Assembly: GCA_965218095.1 (NCBI GenBank)
Contig: OZ244587.1
Coordinates: 1,952,001-2,016,000 of the forward strand
DNA length: 64,000 nt
Reading direction: 5' to 3'
Origin: Candidatus Poribacteria bacterium
Lineage (GTDB): Bacteria; Poribacteria; WGA-4E; PCPOR2b
Shown here: positions 49,673 through 60,448 of the stretch, piece by piece
Layout: each line of letters begins with the position of its first letter
Position numbering within the stretch: the first letter of the stretch is position 1
Notes under the pieces: generated by a model
What the model saw: only the letters and a program-made list of their open reading frames with translations
Databases searched by the model: none
What the model was told of the DNA's origin: nothing
Position numbers and translations under genes: made by a program

Positions 49673-52600
49673 TTACACTTCACGCCGAAGTTTCTCCCTT
49701 GCCGATTCAAACAAACTATACACCGTTGGAATAAAGAACAGCGTAAACACCATCGCAATCGTCAATCCCCCAACGACCACGCGAGCCATCGGCGCCTGCA
49801 TTTCCGCGCCGGCGCCGAGTCCCAAGGACATCGGCATCAATGCGAATGCGGTCGTCAAGGTGGTCATCAAGATCGGGCGGAGTCGGCGGCGTCCACCTTC
49901 CAAAATCGCTTCGCGCATCTCCAGCCCCTGTTTCCGCAACAGGTTGATGTAGTCCACAAGGACGATGGCGTTGTTCACCACAATTCCCACCAGCATGATG
50001 ATACCAATATACGTAGGTATGCTGACGTTTGTACCGGTCAGGAACAGGATGAGAATCACGCCGATGGCGGCAAACGGTATGGAGAACATGATCACGAAGG
50101 GATGGAGCAACGATTCGAATTGAGACGCCATCACCATGTAGACCAGCGCGACGGCAAGCAGTAGCACTATCATCAGATTCCGATAGGCTTCCTGTTGTTC
50201 CTCCTGTTCGCCGGCAAATTGGACGACGAAACCTTCTGGAACGTCAAACCCAACGAGTTTCTGGGTGATTTCTTCAGCGATACCGCCGAAATCCCGATTT
50301 GAAAAGCCAGCCGATACCGTAATCACACGTTCCTGATTCCGTCTGTCGATGTTGATGGGACCTTCGCGTTCTGCAATGTGTGCAATGTTGCTCAACACAA
50401 CCGCCGAATCCATCCCCGTCCACACAAAGACGGTTTTGACGCTATCCAACGACAGGCGGTCCGTTTCTTTCAGCCGTACACGAACATCGAATTCGTCACC
50501 GTCTTCTCGATACTGCGTGGCTATCTTTCCCGTCAAACCCGTGTTGAGGGTGTCCGCGATGGTGGAGAGATCCAAGGCAAGCGCATAAGCCTTGTCACGG
50601 TCAACGTGGACCGTCAATTCAGGTTTGCCTTCTTCCCGGCTGACGCGCACGTTCTCAGTTCCTTCGACGCCCTCAACCAACTCTTTGACACGTTCGGCTA
50701 AACGCTGTCCCCGTTGCAGATCATGTCCACGAACCTCGACCTCAATCCGATCTTGGCGTCCGCCGCGCGAAAGCAGACGGGTGATTAGAGAACCACGGCT
50801 GCTGATCCATATCCTCACATCAGGCACGCCGGAGAGTACCTTTCTCAGATGCGCCACCACCTCATTGGTTGAACGGGTTCGTTCGTCTCCGTCCACCAGA
50901 CGGATGCGAAGATTTGCGGCGTGGGTGCCGCTGGCGGACCTCCAGCCACTGCCGGCGCCGACGTTTGTGCGCAATGACAGTATCTCTGGCACTTCCTGCT
51001 GGACAACCGTTTCGAGCTGTCTGACAATCGCGTCGGTCGCTTCAAATTTCGTCCCTACCGGCAGTTGCACGCTGATGGCAATGTCTCCCTCATCCACGTC
51101 GGGCATCAACTCGGCGCCCAGCTTTGGCATCAGTGTCAGCGTCAAGCCCAAGACGAACAGCGAAATGACCACGACCCAGACCCGATGCCGCAGCGCCCAA
51201 TCCAATCCATCCCGATATTTATTGTTCAACCCCTCAAATCCACCTGTGATGCGTTGTCTGAATCTGCCTCCCACCTGTGTCCTCCCCCCACTGGGAGGAG
51301 GAATCGAAGAAGGGGGGTTGGAATTGACGCGCAGAAATTTAGCAGACATCACGGGAATGAGGGTTAAAGCCACCACTAATGACGCCAATAGCGCGAAGCA
51401 GACCGTATATGCCAACTGGCGAAAAAAGATGCCCTGCATACCCGTCCCGGCAAAAAACAGGGGCAAAAAGACGCAAAGCGTTGTTAAAGTGGAAGCGACA
51501 ATCGCGGCGCTGACTTCCTTGGTACCGATGGACGCCGCTTCGTTGGCGCTCTTTCCTGCCTGTCGATGACGGAATATATTTTCCAGCACCACAATGGCGT
51601 TGTCTAACAACATACCAAGTCCCAAGGCGATGCCACCCATCGACATCATATTCAATGTCAGGTTGGCGGAATCCATCATAATGAAGGTCGCGATAACGGC
51701 GGTGGGAATGGCAACAGAGATGATGAGGGTGCTGCGGAGGTTTTGCAGGAAGATGAACAGAATGCAGACCGCCAAAATTCCGCCCAAAGCGCCCGTCTGC
51801 TGGATTTGTGACATCGAATCCCTGATGAACGCTGACGTATCCCAGAGAACGGAGATTTCCATCCCGACTGGGAGTACCCGCTTGATGGATTCCACCCGTC
51901 TGAGGACGCGATCTGCGACCTGGACGGTATTTTCCCCCGGCTGTTTTCGGATGGCAAGCGAAATCCCCGGTTTGCCTTGAATACGGGTGTCGTCCCTTCG
52001 CTCTTTGAAGGAATCAGAGACTTCGGCGATTTGAAAGAGGTAAATCGGCGTGCCGCTCTGATGCCCAACAACAGTGTTGACGATCTGGCTGATACTGGTA
52101 TACTGTCCCGAGGTCCGCAGCAGTAACTCTTTCTGGTTGGTCTCTAAATAGCCGCCGGGCATGTCTAAGTTCTCTCTTCTGAGCGCGGAAACCACCTGAG
52201 AAAATGAGAGGCCAACGGCTTCCAACTGACTCCTGTCAACACTCACATGGATTTCGCGTTCCAAGCCCCCCCTGATGTCCACCGCCGCCACGCCTTTGAT
52301 CTGCTCCAGCTTGTATTGGATTTCGTCTTCAGCATATCGCCGAATTTTGTCGAGCGGCAGATTGCCGGATAAACCAAGATACAAGATGCCGATTCTGGAC
52401 GTATCGAACTTCCAAATTCTCGGTTCCTCGGTTTCTTCGGGCAATACCTGCTTAATTCGTGCGATCCGCTCGCGGATGTCATTAATGGCTTCCATCATAT
52501 CGATTCCCCATCCGAATGACACCCTGACGGTCGCCATCCCTTCACTCGATGTCGCTCGGACTTCCTCGACGTTCTGGACAGTGCTGACGGCGCGTTCAAG

Positions 52601-52798
52601 GTGCTCCGTGATAAGGGTTTCGACCTCTTTTGGACTCGCACCCGGATAGGGAACGGACACTGTCACGGTTGGGAATTCGATGTCTGGCAGCAGATCAATG
52701 GCTAACTGTGAGAGTGAAAACGCACCAATCAGCACGACAGCAATGAAAAACATGAACGTGGTAATCGGCCTTCTGATAGCGATGTCTGATAAACTCAT
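49673..52798 (-). CDS. RND efflux permease (AcrB/AcrD/AcrF family)
   Basis: IRRPITT, GMLLDNAIVVLENI, GIVVNNAIVLVD, RLRPILMTTLTT. Confidence 0.96.
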   Translation of the reverse strand: MSLSDIAIRRPITTFMFFIAVVLIGAFSLSQLAIDLLPDIEFPTVTVSVPYPGASPKEVETLITEHLERAVSTVQNVEEVRATSSEGMATVRVSFGWGIDMMEAINDIRERIARIKQVLPEETEEPRIWKFDTSRIGILYLGLSGNLPLDKIRRYAEDEIQYKLEQIKGVAAVDIRGGLEREIHVSVDRSQLEAVGLSFSQVVSALRRENLDMPGGYLETNQKELLLRTSGQYTSISQIVNTVVGHQSGTPIYLFQIAEVSDSFKERRDDTRIQGKPGISLAIRKQPGENTVQVADRVLRRVESIKRVLPVGMEISVLWDTSAFIRDSMSQIQQTGALGGILAVCILFIFLQNLRSTLIISVAIPTAVIATFIMMDSANLTLNMMSMGGIALGLGMLLDNAIVVLENIFRHRQAGKSANEAASIGTKEVSAAIVASTLTTLCVFLPLFFAGTGMQGIFFRQLAYTVCFALLASLVVALTLIPVMSAKFLRVNSNPPSSIPPPSGGRTQVGGRFRQRITGGFEGLNNKYRDGLDWALRHRVWVVVISLFVLGLTLTLMPKLGAELMPDVDEGDIAISVQLPVGTKFEATDAIVRQLETVVQQEVPEILSLRTNVGAGSGWRSASGTHAANLRIRLVDGDERTRSTNEVVAHLRKVLSGVPDVRIWISSRGSLITRLLSRGGRQDRIEVEVRGHDLQRGQRLAERVKELVEGVEGTENVRVSREEGKPELTVHVDRDKAYALALDLSTIADTLNTGLTGKIATQYREDGDEFDVRVRLKETDRLSLDSVKTVFVWTGMDSAVVLSNIAHIAEREGPINIDRRNQERVITVSAGFSNRDFGGIAEEITQKLVGFDVPEGFVVQFAGEQEEQQEAYRNLMIVLLLAVALVYMVMASQFESLLHPFVIMFSIPFAAIGVILILFLTGTNVSIPTYIGIIMLVGIVVNNAIVLVDYINLLRKQGLEMREAILEGGRRRLRPILMTTLTTAFALMPMSLGLGAGAEMQAPMARVVVGGLTIAMVFTLFFIPTVYSLFESAREKLRREV

Positions 52799-52980
52799 TT
52801 TTGTAAACCTTCGTTATGAATTTCCCCTTTTTTGTAATAGTCAGGAAAATGCTTCATACTGCTCTTGATGGATTGCCAAATTCACCCCGAGGGAGTCTCG
52901 TTGACCATTACGTTTTTTCCTTTCCGCTCATTTCTTCCCTTTCTTCCATCCTTCCGTCCAGAACGGACAAACTGGCCGCT

Positions 52981-54669
52981 CTACTTTCTTTCCATCTTCT
53001 CATTTCTTTTTCCGGCGATTTTCACCGACATCCCATCTCTCAGGCTATACTGCCCTGCCACAACCAGCGATTCGCCGGCTTCCAGTCCAGAAAGGATCTC
53101 CGTCCGAATCCCGTCGCTAATCCCGGTGACCACCTGCTTCCTGTGGGCGGCCCCATTATTGACGGTATAGACAAACACCGCATCCCCCTGCTTGAGCATC
53201 GCGTCAGCGGGAATCACAACCACCTCCGCGTGTTCCGATACCCGCAACTCGACGCGGGTGAACATACCCGGCTTGAGTTTGTGTTCTAGATTGGGGACTT
53301 CGATCTCAATATCACCGGTTTGACTGGTCCGATCGATGATCGGGCTGATATAGATGACCACCCCCGTGAACGTCTCGCCGGGATAGGTGTCAGGTTGGAT
53401 AATCGCTTGCGAACCAACCCGAATGGACGGAATATCCCGCCCCGGAACCTTCGCAGCAATTTTGACCACATCCATGTATACGATGGTGACGAAGGGGCGG
53501 TTTGGCGACGCCATATCCCCACGGTCTAAGAATCTCTGCGCGATGACGCCGTTAATCGGAGCTTTGAGAATCGTGTCGTCCAGATCGCGTTGCGCCAGTT
53601 CCAGGGCAGCCTGCGCACGGTCGCGTAGAGCCTCCGCCTGAGCGAGCTCGTGTTTCCATGTGGCCGCTTCTCGGGCGGCTTCCACTTCCTCAAAAGCTGC
53701 TTGCGCGCTCTCAACTTGCGCCTCCACCGACTCCAGATTCGCGCGTTTAATGTCAATCTGCATCTTGTTGTCCTGTGCGGATTCCACATTCGCCTTTTCA
53801 GCTTCCACCTGCGCTTTCAACACCTGGATATCCTCTGGCTTCGCCCCTTCCTCTAAAAGGGACAACTGTGCGCTGTAAATCTCATGCTGTAATTGCGCGG
53901 CTTCCACCTGATCTTCTGAAATGATCTCGTTCTGTAACAGGGCGTTCAGTCGATCCAACTCGCGCTTGGCATTCTCCTTTCTCACTCGCACCTGTTCGAT
54001 CTCCTGCGTCCGCGCCCCCGAAACCACGGCTTCCAAACGCGCCTCGGTGATTCGCAGATCGGCCAATGCTTTTTTAATCTGCACTTCTGCCTGTTTGGTT
54101 TGGAGTTCCAACTCCACTTCCGCTTGTTTCAGCGATGCGCGTAACCGATCTAGATTACTCTTGGCTTGTATGAACGTGGTTTCGGCGTTGATAAGCGCAA
54201 CAGACGCGTGTTTCTCATAATCGGCTTGTACGCCTGCCAGTTCCGCCTCCGCTTGTTTGACCTTAATCCCGAAGGGTTGCGATTCGATTCGGCCGAGCGT
54301 CTGTCTTACCTTGACGCGGTCTCCTTTGTCAGCAAGAAGTTCAACCAGTTCGCCCGCTTGTTTGGGATAGACCTCGACCTCTGCGCGGGCATTGACCGTA
54401 CCGGTGATGGCGACCGTCTGGGTAATATCGCCGGTGGTAACCGGCGTCACTTGCACAGGGACGCTCCGCGCACCACGCCCAGGAAGGCGTCCTCCACCTC
54501 CCGATCGTGCATTGCTAAAAAAGTGGGCGTACATCACGACGCCTATCAGCGCCATGAGGATGATGATAATTACGATAATCTTTTTCACGACGTCCTCCAT
54601 CTGTTGAGTGTCGAGCTCAGGACGAAGAGTTTTGCCTCGGCTCTCAGCTCTACGCTCATTCAAATTCAA
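52981..54669 (-). CDS. RND periplasmic adaptor with long coiled coil
   Basis: N-terminal TM, lipoyl halves (KGDRVK, KAPINGVI), LKPGMF. Start may be at about 54600. Confidence 0.92.
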   Translation of the reverse strand: MNLNERRAESRGKTLRPELDTQQMEDVVKKIIVIIIILMALIGVVMYAHFFSNARSGGGGRLPGRGARSVPVQVTPVTTGDITQTVAITGTVNARAEVEVYPKQAGELVELLADKGDRVKVRQTLGRIESQPFGIKVKQAEAELAGVQADYEKHASVALINAETTFIQAKSNLDRLRASLKQAEVELELQTKQAEVQIKKALADLRITEARLEAVVSGARTQEIEQVRVRKENAKRELDRLNALLQNEIISEDQVEAAQLQHEIYSAQLSLLEEGAKPEDIQVLKAQVEAEKANVESAQDNKMQIDIKRANLESVEAQVESAQAAFEEVEAAREAATWKHELAQAEALRDRAQAALELAQRDLDDTILKAPINGVIAQRFLDRGDMASPNRPFVTIVYMDVVKIAAKVPGRDIPSIRVGSQAIIQPDTYPGETFTGVVIYISPIIDRTSQTGDIEIEVPNLEHKLKPGMFTRVELRVSEHAEVVVIPADAMLKQGDAVFVYTVNNGAAHRKQVVTGISDGIRTEILSGLEAGESLVVAGQYSLRDGMSVKIAGKRNEKMERK

Positions 54670-56182
54670 TATTCAACTGCACCAACGTCACACCTAAAAC
54701 CTGATATAGTGCAACAATCGATTGACGATAGTCGATAATCGATCTCAAGCTATCCCGGCTCACATTTGCCAGAATTGCTTGAAATTGCAACAGATCAAGG
54801 CTTGTAGAAAGTCCTACCTCATATTTTTTATTTTCCGCGGCAAGCGTCTGTCTGGCGAAATCCTCAGCGACTTTCGTGGCCTCGATTCTTTTTCGATTTG
54901 TCTCAAGTTGCCTGACCGCCTCACGCACGTCGGTGATAATCTGCTGCTCTAAATTCTGCAAAGCCAGTAAGCCTTGTTCTTTTTCAAGCTGGCTTCTTTT
55001 CAACTCACCCTTCGCTGCTCGGTCACCGAGCGGCACACGCAGAAACAGACCGACGCGCCACGAGTCGTGTTCGATTTTTCTGACCTGAGACAGTGCATCG
55101 TCCAATTGCCCGTCCAAGCCATTAAAAGCAAGGCTTCCCTCTAAGTCCAGTCGGGGCAATCGTTGATTCTTAGCGAATTTGATGGCAATGTTACTGTTCT
55201 CCAAATCGATTGTGGCTTGAGCGTACTCTGGGCGATTTTGCAACGCGGCAGCGACGCTTTCACCCAAATCCACATTCACTGTTTCAAAGGGAGGCAGGTC
55301 AACCGGCAGGATTGAGACTCCCCAGAGGGCTTCGTCCTGAATCATATTGGTGATACGCTTGAGTCTATCTTCGACGTCCTTGATTGTGTCTTGGGCGGCG
55401 ATGACATCCGCCTCTCGGGAGGCAACGGCGGCTTGTGCCTGTAAAACATCACTCACGGTCGCCTTGCCGACCTCTCTCCGCCGCCGGTTGACTGTGAGCA
55501 GATCTCGCGCCTGCTTTAAGGTAAGCTGTTGGGCGTTGAGATTTTCTCGTGCAAACACCAGCTCCCAATAGGTTTTTTGGACCTGAGACAATGTGTCAAT
55601 GAGTTGGGCCTTGAGTTGCAATAGGGAAATGTCCTTGTTATTTCTTGCAATCGCAATCGAGGCGTTGTTAACCGTGCCGAAACCTTCCAATAAAGGTTGC
55701 GTGACGTTTATGGTCAGATCGGAGCGGTAGGCCGGATTCACGGTTTGGCGGGTTGAATTACTTTCCGATCGGTTGCTGTTAAAGGTTAGCCCATAACTCC
55801 CGCCCATAAAAATGGGGTCATCAAAACCGAGGACGAATCCTTGGGCGTTGCTGGTACGGACATCTGCCCCTGAAATAAACGGCGTGAGGGATGGTTCTTC
55901 AGACCAGTCGGCGTCCGGTCCGAACGAGATGACGGGGTCAAATCGCCCCTTAGCTCGCGTTATAAGCGCGTCTTGAATTTGCGGACTGATGCGTTGGATA
56001 CGGATATTCAGGTTGGATTCTAAAGCGAGGGCGATGGACTGCTGAAGCGAAAGTCCGATCTGTTTTTCCGCTTCTTCAGCAGAAAAAGCACTTTGGCAAA
56101 GCACAACTAAAATCAGACAACAAAAAGAATAAAGCATTCGATACCTTGTGTCAATGTCGTCCACTGACCTTATACGAACCAT
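54656..56182 (-). CDS. TolC family outer membrane factor
   Basis: LSLQQSIALALESN, TQPLLEG, NQRLPRLDL, KYEVGLST. Confidence 0.92.
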   Translation of the reverse strand: MVRIRSVDDIDTRYRMLYSFCCLILVVLCQSAFSAEEAEKQIGLSLQQSIALALESNLNIRIQRISPQIQDALITRAKGRFDPVISFGPDADWSEEPSLTPFISGADVRTSNAQGFVLGFDDPIFMGGSYGLTFNSNRSESNSTRQTVNPAYRSDLTINVTQPLLEGFGTVNNASIAIARNNKDISLLQLKAQLIDTLSQVQKTYWELVFARENLNAQQLTLKQARDLLTVNRRRREVGKATVSDVLQAQAAVASREADVIAAQDTIKDVEDRLKRITNMIQDEALWGVSILPVDLPPFETVNVDLGESVAAALQNRPEYAQATIDLENSNIAIKFAKNQRLPRLDLEGSLAFNGLDGQLDDALSQVRKIEHDSWRVGLFLRVPLGDRAAKGELKRSQLEKEQGLLALQNLEQQIITDVREAVRQLETNRKRIEATKVAEDFARQTLAAENKKYEVGLSTSLDLLQFQAILANVSRDSLRSIIDYRQSIVALYQVLGVTLVQLNIEFE

Positions 56183-56426
56183 TCTTCACCTCCTCCAAAT
56201 TCATCTTCAATTCACACCAGCAGGAAAACAGGCGCCCGATTGTCGATTGGCAGCGAATCGAAATGTCTCTTTGACGCATTTAGGTCGCCTCCGGTTGATC
56301 GCAAATCGCTTCCCGTCCAAACCGGGTTGGGTACAATCTTCGCAGATTTTCATTGCGGCATTGCACGGGCAAGGGGCATAGAGTGGGAGGCATGGCGCGA
56401 TACCCTTTTGCTCTTAGCTCGATCTG

Positions 56427-57641
56427 TTATTCACGCCGCAAGGCTTCAATTGGCGACAGCTTCGCCGCTTTCCACGCGGGATACGCCCCGAAGAAAACAC
56501 CCACCCATGCCGCAACGAAAAACGCCAATGCCGTGTACATCGGCGAAATAATCGTCCGCCACCCCCAGATCGATGGCACGACCTTCGACCCGAATACCCC
56601 AACGCCAATCCCAATGAGCCCACCAAGGACCGAAAGCGTCATCGATTCAATCAGAAACTGGATCAGGATGTCATGACGTTTGGCACCGACTGCCTTCCGC
56701 AAACCAATCTCCTTCGTGCGCTCCGTCACCGACACCAACATGATGTTCATTATCCCAATCCCGCCAACGATCAGCGACACGATTGCAATGCCCATAATCA
56801 TGTAGGTGAACGTCTGCCCCGATTCTTCCAGGGTCTCAAGGAACTCCGCTTGATTCCGCACGTTAAAATCTAGCTGCTTGTTAGCGGGGAGTTTGTGCTG
56901 TTTCCGCAAGAGATTCTCGATTTCGGATTCGGCCGGTTCCATCACCTCGCTACTCACCGCTTGGGCACTGATGCTTGAGAGGTAATCCCTGCCAAAAACC
57001 CGTTTCATCGCCGTTGACACCGGAATAAAGACTTGGTCATCGGGATTTCGCCAACCGGTGGCACCTTTCTCCTTCATCACGCCAAGCACCCGGAAGTTGA
57101 GTCCCCGAATCTTGACCGTCTTGCCAATCGGATCCCCCCTCTCGCCGAACAGCTCATCAACGACCGTCTTTCCCAACGTGCACACCCGACGCCGAGAACG
57201 CACATCGCTCTCCGTAAAAAAAGCACCTTTCTCAACAGGAAAGTTCGCTGTGATCTGATACTCCGGTGTTGTACCGACCACCGTAGTATTGTGGTTCTTG
57301 TTCCCGTGCTTGACCTGGGTACGCGAAGACGCTTCCGGCGAAACTAATAGGATATTCTTCGCCCGTTCCCTCAGTACCATTGCATCTTCATACTTTAGGC
57401 TCTGACGGTCCTGCCCCGAGCTCCGTCCACGAAAACGACTCTGTCCGGGACGGACGGCTAGGATGTTCGCACCGAGCGTCTGGATACGCTCGGTGATGTC
57501 GGCTTTTGCCCCTTCGCCGATTGAGGTTGTGGTCATAATTGCGCCGACGCCGATAATCACGCCAAGCATCGTCAGCGCCGATCGAAGTTTGTTCGCGAAT
57601 AAACTCTGTAGTGCGTTTGCTAAACTTTCGAGCGTTCCCAT
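56427..57641 (-). CDS. MacB/FtsX-like ABC transporter permease (no fused ATPase)
   Basis: NKLRSALTMLGVIIGV, GGIGIMNIMLVSVTERTKEIGLRKAVGA, PIEALR. Confidence 0.95.
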   Translation of the reverse strand: MGTLESLANALQSLFANKLRSALTMLGVIIGVGAIMTTTSIGEGAKADITERIQTLGANILAVRPGQSRFRGRSSGQDRQSLKYEDAMVLRERAKNILLVSPEASSRTQVKHGNKNHNTTVVGTTPEYQITANFPVEKGAFFTESDVRSRRRVCTLGKTVVDELFGERGDPIGKTVKIRGLNFRVLGVMKEKGATGWRNPDDQVFIPVSTAMKRVFGRDYLSSISAQAVSSEVMEPAESEIENLLRKQHKLPANKQLDFNVRNQAEFLETLEESGQTFTYMIMGIAIVSLIVGGIGIMNIMLVSVTERTKEIGLRKAVGAKRHDILIQFLIESMTLSVLGGLIGIGVGVFGSKVVPSIWGWRTIISPMYTALAFFVAAWVGVFFGAYPAWKAAKLSPIEALRRE

Positions 57642-57662
57642 CTAAATAATTCCCTCCCTTGT

Positions 57663-59726
57663 TTATCGCCGGCCCCCTCTTCCGCCACTAGCGCTCCGCT
57701 GCATCCGTCGCATTGTAGAAGCCGGATTTCCCATCATACGTCTAAACCGCTCCATGTCCCCGCCGCCCCTGCGCTCGAAACTGCCTGTGGCGACGACCTG
57801 CCCTTCGTCTAGTCCAGAGATGACTTCTGTTCTATCGAAACTACTCACGCCGGTCTCAATAGGCTGTGGACGTCCCGGCTGACCATCTTCGCCGATGACA
57901 CGGACCATTTTTCGGCTCCCGAAAGACAGAATTGCCTCATTCGGGAGTACCAATATATCCTGCCTGCTCGCGGCGGAAATCTCAACCGTCGCATTCATTC
58001 CCGGCTTCAAGGACGGCGTATCCGTATCTTCCGACGGACTCTCCTCACGCACCCAATCTCCTGCCCCTTCATCACCGAAGAAGTTGTCCGCCATTGCCAT
58101 CCAGGGATCTGGCGCACTCGTGGTCTCAGCGTCCGCTGAATTTTCGTTGGAAATTTCAGTGTTCTCTGACGCTGCCGCTGCCGCTTCTTGTTGTCGCTGC
58201 CGACGCATCTGTCGAAAGCGTTCTCCCTGCTCTGGCGTGAATTCGCCCCTCCCCTCGCCTTGGCGAAAACCACCTCCTTCACCGCGACCCGAGAATCCAC
58301 CGCCTCTCCCCCAACGTCCACGTTCCCTTGAGCGAGTATTCTTAATCTCGATGATGACTTCAAACGTCGTTACGTTCTGAACCACCTGTCCTTGCGGCGC
58401 AATTCGGAGAACCTCACCCTCCAGCGGCTGGTCAGGATAGGCTTCGACGGTGATGGTCACCGGTTGACCGACCTTCACCTTGCCGATATCGGTTTCATCA
58501 ACCTCCGTTGCCACATAAACCTTTTTGAGGTCCGCCATCGTTACCAGCACCTGACCTTCGGACGAAACAGAGCCGCCCCGCCCCCCCCCGCCAAAGCTGG
58601 AGACGATCACTTGCCCTTCCTCCACCTTTCTTTCGAGGATCGTTCCGGAGATGGGGGCACGAATGACCGTATCGTCATAACTCTCCTGTGCGAGTTGGAA
58701 GGCACTCCTACTGCGCTTGAGTTGTGCGTTGGAACTTTCAAGGTCTTTTTCTTTTAGGTTAATCTGCTTTTTATTGGCAATCGCCAAATTCAAAGCGTCT
58801 TTGGCTTGTGTGACACGGTGCTCTTGAATCTTTATCTCCATGTTACGATACTTCTCTTTCTCAATCTGTTCTTTCGCCGCATCAACCGCGTACGTCGCCC
58901 TCTTAATCTCAGCCTGTGAGAGCTCTAACTCCTCTAGACTTGCCGGTTGTTTAACTAGCTCGGCTTGCTGCACAGCCGAGTCGTGTTGCGCTTTCGCCGA
59001 TTCGCGCTGCGTCGCGGCGGTATCGAGATCTGATTTTGAGATGAATTCTTTCTCGAAAAGTTTTTGTTTTCGATCATACTCCTTTTCGGCAAGTTCAAGG
59101 TTGGCTTTCGCCTGAGTCACACTTGCCTCTGCACGCTTCTTTTCCTCCTCCCGCACTGTATCAGCAGTCAGGAGATTGTATCTTAACTGCGCCATCTTGT
59201 GGCTATTTTCCGCATCGGATAACTGGCGTTTATTGGTTATTTTTTCTATTCGTATCTGTTCTTTGAGTTGTTCCAGCTGTTTTTCTGCCTCAGCCAATTT
59301 TTCTTCGGCTTGCTTAATCTGGATCGCGGTTTGCTCCTTCTGCAATTCGATATTAATCTTCGATTGCTCAAAGCGTGCTTCGGCGGCGCGCAGATCCGCG
59401 TCTGCCTGATCCAGGTCCGCTGAAACATAGGTGGTTTCAATACGCGCAATCACGGCGTCTTGTTCCACGTAATCCCCTTCTTCAACGGTGAGTTCTAAGA
59501 TCTTGCCGCTCGCTTTGGAACTCACTTCGACAATGTTAAGAGGTTGAATCGTCCCAGTGGCATCAATTGTCACTTCAATGTTGCCTCTCTCGACTGTAAC
59601 AGTCTTGATTTCAGCAGTATCTGCTTCATCTTTGGTTGTTTTGGCCAACCTATCGCGCAACAGCAAACCACCGGAGGCAAGAACCACGACGGCAATCCCT
59701 ATGAGAATGATCCATTTCTTCTTCAT
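57663..59726 (-). CDS. MacA-like periplasmic adaptor with Gly/Arg-rich insertion
   Basis: VEVSSKASGKI, IRAPISGTI, VDETDIGKVKVGQ, LKPGMNATV. Confidence 0.92.
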   Translation of the reverse strand: MKKKWIILIGIAVVVLASGGLLLRDRLAKTTKDEADTAEIKTVTVERGNIEVTIDATGTIQPLNIVEVSSKASGKILELTVEEGDYVEQDAVIARIETTYVSADLDQADADLRAAEARFEQSKINIELQKEQTAIQIKQAEEKLAEAEKQLEQLKEQIRIEKITNKRQLSDAENSHKMAQLRYNLLTADTVREEEKKRAEASVTQAKANLELAEKEYDRKQKLFEKEFISKSDLDTAATQRESAKAQHDSAVQQAELVKQPASLEELELSQAEIKRATYAVDAAKEQIEKEKYRNMEIKIQEHRVTQAKDALNLAIANKKQINLKEKDLESSNAQLKRSRSAFQLAQESYDDTVIRAPISGTILERKVEEGQVIVSSFGGGGRGGSVSSEGQVLVTMADLKKVYVATEVDETDIGKVKVGQPVTITVEAYPDQPLEGEVLRIAPQGQVVQNVTTFEVIIEIKNTRSRERGRWGRGGGFSGRGEGGGFRQGEGRGEFTPEQGERFRQMRRQRQQEAAAAASENTEISNENSADAETTSAPDPWMAMADNFFGDEGAGDWVREESPSEDTDTPSLKPGMNATVEISAASRQDILVLPNEAILSFGSRKMVRVIGEDGQPGRPQPIETGVSSFDRTEVISGLDEGQVVATGSFERRGGGDMERFRRMMGNPASTMRRMQRSASGGRGGRR

Positions 59727-59813
59727 CAGTCCTCCTCTGCTTCGATGACCGGGAGAGAAAGAGACAAGGTAGGAATTTCTCTTGTTTCTTTCTCTCTTGT
59801 CCCATGTTACGGC

Positions 59814-60254
59814 TTAGCGGCGTCCGCCGCCACCTCGACGCATCATCTGTTGCATCCGTTCCATTTCGAGCTTGTCGAGTTGGGCAATCTGTTTTTCGGT
59901 CAAAACTGACTTCAAATCCGCCTTAAACGCATCGCGAGTCTCTGTCATGGTGCCACGTGCGGCTTGGAAATCCCCGGATTTACGTGCTGCTGTGATGGCT
60001 TTTTCGAGATTGTCACGATGTTTCTGATAAATCGGACGGGCGTCGATGAGTGTCTTATCATCAACCTTGACGGCAAACGTTAAATCTGTCCAAGAACTAT
60101 CAATAACCGAGGTCGGTGAAAACCCTCGTCCGCCACGTCTTTCGCGCATGTCGCCGCGGTCGGGTCGTTGGGCTTGGGTGACTTGGTTTGTCACAAAAAC
60201 GGTAACTGCCGCCATTGCGAAAATAGCAAGTAGAATGAACCATTTGCTTTTCAT
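59814..60254 (-). CDS. Small secreted helical protein (Spy/CpxP-like LTxxQ pattern)
   Basis: Signal peptide, VLTEKQ, Arg/Gly-rich ends. Confidence 0.7.
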   Translation of the reverse strand: MKSKWFILLAIFAMAAVTVFVTNQVTQAQRPDRGDMRERRGGRGFSPTSVIDSSWTDLTFAVKVDDKTLIDARPIYQKHRDNLEKAITAARKSGDFQAARGTMTETRDAFKADLKSVLTEKQIAQLDKLEMERMQQMMRRGGGGRR

Positions 60255-60448
60255 GATAAAAATCTCCTTTTGAGTTAGATTTTTGGGAGCTCATAACCTG
60301 TTAAAGCACACATTTGTTCTTTAGACAGATGAGTTTGGATAAAGTTCGCGTTTTTTGGAAAAAATTTTGCGGCCGCGCTGAAAAGGGATTTTCCACGGCC
60401 TCGAAAACACATGATAATATTACCTTGATTTTGGTGTGCTCTGGAGGT

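Noticed and set aside
50592-51569. Long antisense ORFs (this 325-aa one, also 36636-37364, 37371-38057, 17336-17992, 60314-61024)
   Set aside because: Shadow frames opposite well-supported genes, with no recognisable motifs.
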